A stretch of 45,284 nucleotides of DNA, taken from positions 1 through 45,284 of the forward strand of contig JAHEQA010000006.1 of the NCBI GenBank assembly GCA_019561615.1, given 5' to 3'. This stretch comes from Methanothermococcus sp. SCGC AD-155-E23 (GTDB lineage: Archaea; AGJL01; Methanococci; Methanococcales; Methanococcaceae). Under the pieces are notes generated by a model. That model was not told the origin of the DNA. It did not search any database and saw nothing but the letters and a program-made list of their open reading frames with translations. A program made the position numbers and the translations under genes. Positions 40,925-45,284 of the stretch are shown here, in pieces; position 1 is the first letter of the stretch; each line of letters opens with the position of its first letter.

Positions 40925-41407
40925 TTAGCAGAGTCCCTCACATACACAGAACTCACAGAGGGAGTACTCATTCTTCTGCTTATTCTTCACTGGACAGTAG
41001 TACCTCTCTCCTCTTTTTTCAATACACCTTCCTCCAGGAAACCTAGTTCCTACTGGATGTAGAGGTTTCCTCTCTATAAAGATTAGATAGGGCACCACTA
41101 TCTTGGAGAGTTTAATAAAGGCATCCTCCCCCTTAACCCCCCTTTTAAAACCCTCTATCCTCTTAAGAAGATCCCTTAATTTCCCCTCATCTACAGGGTA
41201 GTCCTCAATATCCTCCACCTTCCTCCTCTTTATCTCCTTGAGGGTATTTATAAAGTACATGATCTGATTTTTAAGGTAGTGCTCCCTGTAATCCTCAGGT
41301 AGATACTTCATATCCTCCTCCAGGAAGACCCTCACCTTCATAAGATCCTGGATGTTGAAATCCTTCGCCATCTCCTTAATTCTCTTAAATAACTCCCTAC
41401 TTCTCAT
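40925..41407 (-). CDS. DUF2115/UPF0305 protein with C-terminal Cys cluster
   Basis: YLP..YR, PLHPVGT.FPGG and YYCPVK......LCEFCVC. Start placed at ATG 41407. Confidence 0.8.
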   Translation of the reverse strand: MRSRELFKRIKEMAKDFNIQDLMKVRVFLEEDMKYLPEDYREHYLKNQIMYFINTLKEIKRRKVEDIEDYPVDEGKLRDLLKRIEGFKRGVKGEDAFIKLSKIVVPYLIFIERKPLHPVGTRFPGGRCIEKRGERYYCPVKNKQKNEYSLCEFCVCEGLC

Positions 41408-41972
41408 ACTTCCACTGCAACATACCCTCAATTGCAAAACTTATAAGGGCCACTAGCAAACCAGTTACAGCCATCTTGAACCCTGAGAGTACAATATTCT
41501 CCCTGGATATCCTACCTATATAGACCCCTAGGATAAAGAGTATAAGGGTAGTTATCACCACTGCAAGGAAGATGGCAACCTCCTTTGGAAAGAGGAAAAA
41601 GGGAGTTATAGGAATGATGGAACCAAAGGTTGTAGATAGCCCATCCCATATACCACTTATGGTTGTTCTATTTAGTGCCTCCCTGTAGGCTAGAGAGGAC
41701 TTTAGATATCCCTCCTCCTTTAGAAGTGCCTTCTCCTGGGACATCCTTACACTTTCCACTATTGCCCTCTCTGCAGTTAACGCCCCCAGGATATTGGAGA
41801 TACCATTTGCCACTCCCCCTCCTACACCCGCTGTAATTATTAGGGAGGTATCCCCTCCACTGGCCCCTATTATAACGCCCAGAGAGGAGAGGGATCCGTC
41901 GATGATCCCCCTTATCACATACCTTATATCGAAGTTTTCAAAGAGAAGCCTCTTAATATCTCCCAGGCTCAC
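41397..41972 (-). CDS. VIT1/CCC1 family (TIGR00267) metal transporter
   Basis: GIIDG..S.LG, VANGISN.LGA..AE and multiple TM helices. Confidence 0.8.
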   Translation of the reverse strand: MSLGDIKRLLFENFDIRYVIRGIIDGSLSSLGVIIGASGGDTSLIITAGVGGGVANGISNILGALTAERAIVESVRMSQEKALLKEEGYLKSSLAYREALNRTTISGIWDGLSTTFGSIIPITPFFLFPKEVAIFLAVVITTLILFILGVYIGRISRENIVLSGFKMAVTGLLVALISFAIEGMLQWKYEK

Positions 41973-41986
41973 CTGCTATCCCCCAC

Positions 41987-42220
41987 CTATCCCTCTCTAA
42001 CAATCTCCAGGATCTTAAGGGACATCTCGTAGTTCTTAAAGTAGTCGTCTAATACATTCTTCAGGGAACCTATGGAGTCTGTCTCTACGTAGAGTTCCAG
42101 CATCTCCTTTTCCCCATTGTAGGAGGTCCTTATTATAAGTCCCTCGTTAACGTCATCTACCTTTAAACTCCTGTACACTATCTCGTTTCCAGGTATCCTC
42201 ATCCTGTATCTAACCCTCAC
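41987..42220 (-). CDS. pcc1: KEOPS subunit Pcc1
   Basis: 77 aa, with IVYRSL.VD and L....SIGSLKN.LDDYF pattern. Confidence 0.72.
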   Translation of the reverse strand: MRVRYRMRIPGNEIVYRSLKVDDVNEGLIIRTSYNGEKEMLELYVETDSIGSLKNVLDDYFKNYEMSLKILEIVREG

Positions 42221-43239
42221 GGCATCACCTCTAAATACCTCTTTACCTCCTCTATAACCTTATCTGTAACCTCTCTAGTTTTTAAATTTCCCCCTAGATC
42301 TGGGGTTGTATATCCCTTCTCAACTACAGATTTAACAGCCATTCTCAATATCCTACTTTCCCTCTCCATACCTAGGTATTGGAGCATCATGGCACCACTT
42401 AATATTGAGGCTAGTGGGTTTGCTATACCCTTTCCAGCGATGTCAGGTGCAGAGCCATGTACTGGCTCAAAGAGACCATATCTATCTCCAATGTTTGCAG
42501 AGGGTGCCAGACCAAGACCCCCAATTAATCCAGAGGCCTCGTCGGAGAGTATATCCCCAAAGAGATTTGTAGTAACTATGACATCAAAGAGTTGAGGATT
42601 CTTTACAATGTAGAGGGCTGTAGTATCTACGAGATAGTCGTCGGCCTCTATGTTGTACCTTTTATAGTGTTCACTGACCTCGTAGAAGGTCTTTAAAAAT
42701 AGTCCATCTGTTACCCTTAGGACGTTGGCCTTGTGAACACAGGACACCTTTCTCCTATGGTGCTCCAGTGCATACTCAAATGCAAACCTTACTATCCTGT
42801 AACATCCCCTCTTGCTAATCACCCTCTCTGCAACAGCCTCCTGGGTATGGGGGTTGTAGTACTCCCTACCTACGTAGAGGTCTTCCGTATTCTCCCTTAT
42901 TATTACAAAGTCTATGTCTTTGAAGTTGGATATTGGGCGGATATTTGCATAGAGATCTAACTCTCTCCTCAAGGTGATAATGGGACTCCTGTATCTCTTC
43001 CCCTCTAACTCATGGGGCTTTGGAGTGGTTACAGCTCCAAAGAGTATGGCGTCGCACTCCCTTGCAGTTTCTATGGTCTCCTCAGGTATAGGATCACCGT
43101 ATCTCTTGAAGCACTGGTAACCTGCATATCCCTTTATAAATTGAAAGTCTCCAAGGTTTTCAAGTACCCTTACAGTTTCAGGTATTACCTCCTTTCCTAT
43201 CCCGTCACCCTCTATAACACATATTTTATACCTCTTCAT
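42217..43239 (-). CDS. aksF: Homoisocitrate dehydrogenase (IDH/IPMDH family), probably AksF
   Basis: GDGIGKEV, RENTEDLY, HKANVL, NLFGDILSD and EPVHGSAPDIAG. AksF rather than LeuB is inferred from GAVTTPKP.E.....YRSPI. Confidence 0.75.
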   Translation of the reverse strand: MKRYKICVIEGDGIGKEVIPETVRVLENLGDFQFIKGYAGYQCFKRYGDPIPEETIETARECDAILFGAVTTPKPHELEGKRYRSPIITLRRELDLYANIRPISNFKDIDFVIIRENTEDLYVGREYYNPHTQEAVAERVISKRGCYRIVRFAFEYALEHHRRKVSCVHKANVLRVTDGLFLKTFYEVSEHYKRYNIEADDYLVDTTALYIVKNPQLFDVIVTTNLFGDILSDEASGLIGGLGLAPSANIGDRYGLFEPVHGSAPDIAGKGIANPLASILSGAMMLQYLGMERESRILRMAVKSVVEKGYTTPDLGGNLKTREVTDKVIEEVKRYLEVMP

Positions 43240-43319
43240 CTACTCACCAGGTAGGTAATTATAATTTTTATAGTGACAATCTTTTTAATAGGTTATCTAA
43301 CAGTAAAGGGGGAAGTACT

Positions 43320-43532
43320 ATGAAGATCCTAGAAACCTCAGAGAAGGACATACTTAAGGTTATACCTGAAAATTTAGATGACCTCTGGCACCTCTACAAC
43401 ATCATAGAGAAGGACAACATAGTATGGGCAATGACAGAGAGAAGAATAGAGGATAAAGGTGATAAATTAAGGGCTGACAGAGGTGCCAAGAAGAAGATAG
43501 GATTATCCTCTTTGACAAGGAGAAGGAGATAG
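43320..43532 (+). pseudogene. pelA: Pelota (aDom34) N-terminal fragment only
   Basis: KVIPENLDDLWHLYNII...VWAMTERR...LRADRG.KK is the pelota N-terminus. Similarity ends at about 43499; full-length pelota is about 350 aa. Confidence 0.88.
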
Positions 43533-43573
43533 CCCTGGAATATTTGGATAAAGATTAATTTTAGGGACCCTCT

Positions 43574-44512
43574 ATGATGGATATTTTTTTAAACTCCCTT
43601 AAAATTTCCCTGATTTGCACCCTAAAGATGTTGTTTATAATACTCCCCACTATCTTTCTTATGAACTACCTTATCAACTCCGGTGTTATGGAGAGGATAT
43701 TAGAGACCCTACTCCCCCTTGTAAAACATCTCAATATAAATCCCATCTCCCTCTCCTCTATACTGGCCTGTTTATTCAGCCCTACAGTGGGATACTCCAT
43801 CCTTGCAGAGGGTTTAAGGAGTGGGAAGATAAGTGAGGAGGAGGTAATTGCAACCTCCCTTGCAAATTCCTTCCCCTCTATACTCTCCCATACCCTTACC
43901 TTCTTCCTACCTGTGGTAATCCCTATACTAGGTTTAACTGGAGTAATCTTCTTAATAATAAGGCTAGGTGTGGCACTTGTAAAGAGTATACTGGGAATAC
44001 TCTACCTCTGGAGGATATCAAGGGGTGGAGATACTGAAAAAGAGTTGAAGATTAAAGGTTATAAAAAGAGGGATGTAAAGGCCTCCCTCTACAGTACCTT
44101 GAAGTTCTCAAAGAGAGTGGTACCTGTAATGTTTATTACCATGTTTCTAGTGGTACTTCTATCTAACTTAGGTGTCTTCCAGTACCTTAACAGTTTAATC
44201 ATGCCAGTAACTGAGAGGTTTCATCTAAATCCCAATATTGGTCTCCTGGCCTTAACAGAGGTGATAAACGTCTATGGAGCCGTGGTAATGGCTGGAGAGT
44301 TTTTAAGGGAGAATATACTAAGTCCTAAGGAGGTACTTATAGGACTTGTCATAGGAAATGTTGTAACCTTCTCCTCGAGATATGTGAAACACTCCCTCCC
44401 CCTCCATATCGCCCTCTTTGGACCAAGACTTGGAAGTAAGGTAGTAATGATAAATGGGATCATCACCCTACTTCTGGATATAATAGTAATAGGTCTTCTC
44501 CTTATTATCTAA
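43574..44512 (+). CDS. Nucleoside-recognition (Gate) domain membrane protein
   Basis: Two hydrophobic repeats (FSPTVGY..L...L.SG.I...E; G.LS.KEVLI.L.IGN). Confidence 0.65.
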   Translation: MMDIFLNSLKISLICTLKMLFIILPTIFLMNYLINSGVMERILETLLPLVKHLNINPISLSSILACLFSPTVGYSILAEGLRSGKISEEEVIATSLANSFPSILSHTLTFFLPVVIPILGLTGVIFLIIRLGVALVKSILGILYLWRISRGGDTEKELKIKGYKKRDVKASLYSTLKFSKRVVPVMFITMFLVVLLSNLGVFQYLNSLIMPVTERFHLNPNIGLLALTEVINVYGAVVMAGEFLRENILSPKEVLIGLVIGNVVTFSSRYVKHSLPLHIALFGPRLGSKVVMINGIITLLLDIIVIGLLLII

Positions 44513-45284
44513 AGCCAAAGAATTTTTTAAATATCCCTCCTACTATCTTGGAGGGACTGTCCATGTCCCCCTCCCTTACTATGTATTCTACAAGTCCCCT
44601 CTTTTCAATAAACTCTAAAAGTTTATCTATCATGCCATCGTCCATTCTCTTTATGATACCTATAAACTTAATTCCAAGGTCTATCTCCCTACCTATCTCC
44701 TTTCTCCACAGTGTATGGTATCTCTTTAAATACTCCAGGTCGTAGTCTACACTGAGATACTCCTCTATAATCCTTCCGCAGATCTTGGCACACTTTGCCC
44801 CGTAGTACAGTCCTCCTCCACTTAGGGGTTTTACCTGTCCTGCAGCATCTCCAACAAGGAGAAGGTTGTTTTTAACAGTCTCTTTTAAATAGCCTATAGG
44901 TAGGGCACCTACAGAGAACTCCACAGGTACACCCCCTCTTAACATCTGGGAGGCCAGTGGATGGTCCTCTATAAAGTTGATAAGCTTCCTGTAACTATCT
45001 GAGGAATCACATAGGCCAACCCTTACCCTGTCCTCTCCCATGGGGATTATCCAGGCAAAGAAATCCCTGGAATACCTCCTGTCTAAAAATATATAGACAA
45101 AGTCACTGTCAACATCTACATTTACCATCTCCAGCTGTGCCCCAGAGAGTATCTCCCTCTTCATAGGTATACCTGCAGCCCTTCCAATACTGGATTTTGC
45201 CCCATCTGCACCTACTACAACCTGAGGATTTAAATGGTAGTTGTCCCCCATGAAACTTATGAATAGGGAGTACCTGTCCTCCTG
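44505..45284 (-). CDS. Geranylgeranyl reductase family FAD oxidoreductase, C-terminal part (starts beyond the window)
   Basis: VVGADG..S, FAWIIP and LVGDAAGQVKPLSGGG. Frame is open to the window edge. Confidence 0.88.
   Translation of the reverse strand, partial: QEDRYSLFISFMGDNYHLNPQVVVGADGAKSSIGRAAGIPMKREILSGAQLEMVNVDVDSDFVYIFLDRRYSRDFFAWIIPMGEDRVRVGLCDSSDSYRKLINFIEDHPLASQMLRGGVPVEFSVGALPIGYLKETVKNNLLLVGDAAGQVKPLSGGGLYYGAKCAKICGRIIEEYLSVDYDLEYLKRYHTLWRKEIGREIDLGIKFIGIIKRMDDGMIDKLLEFIEKRGLVEYIVREGDMDSPSKIVGGIFKKFFGFR

Overview
This is a very gene-dense archaeal chromosome segment, almost certainly from a thermophilic Methanococcales methanogen (Methanothermococcus/Methanofervidicoccus-like). 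The assignment rests on the split rpoB''/B' genes, methanogenesis marker 17, SepSecS, the Kae1-Bud32 fusion, AksF, a stand-alone NifB and GGTGA ribosome-binding sites. The left edge holds the tail of a DUF1156 methylase + DUF499 ATPase restriction-like defence locus. The rest is mostly housekeeping, plus one tRNA-Thr(GGT). Notable oddities: (1) minD is followed by three tandem copies of a ~60-aa membrane-anchored coiled-coil microprotein, and the middle copy is uncalled and decayed; (2) dph5 is broken at a CCC-TGA site where a +1 shift rejoins the frame; (3) the RNA polymerase operon stops after rpoA', leaving an orphan Shine-Dalgarno where rpoA'' should start; (4) pelota is truncated at about 60 codons and abuts what looks like the 3' end of a different gene; (5) a ~45-aa insertion lies inside the Bud32 kinase core; (6) a ~100-bp frameshifted relic of a beta-helix surface protein lies upstream of hypD. 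Some lesions may be assembly artefacts. All calls come from motif recognition by eye; no database searches were run.
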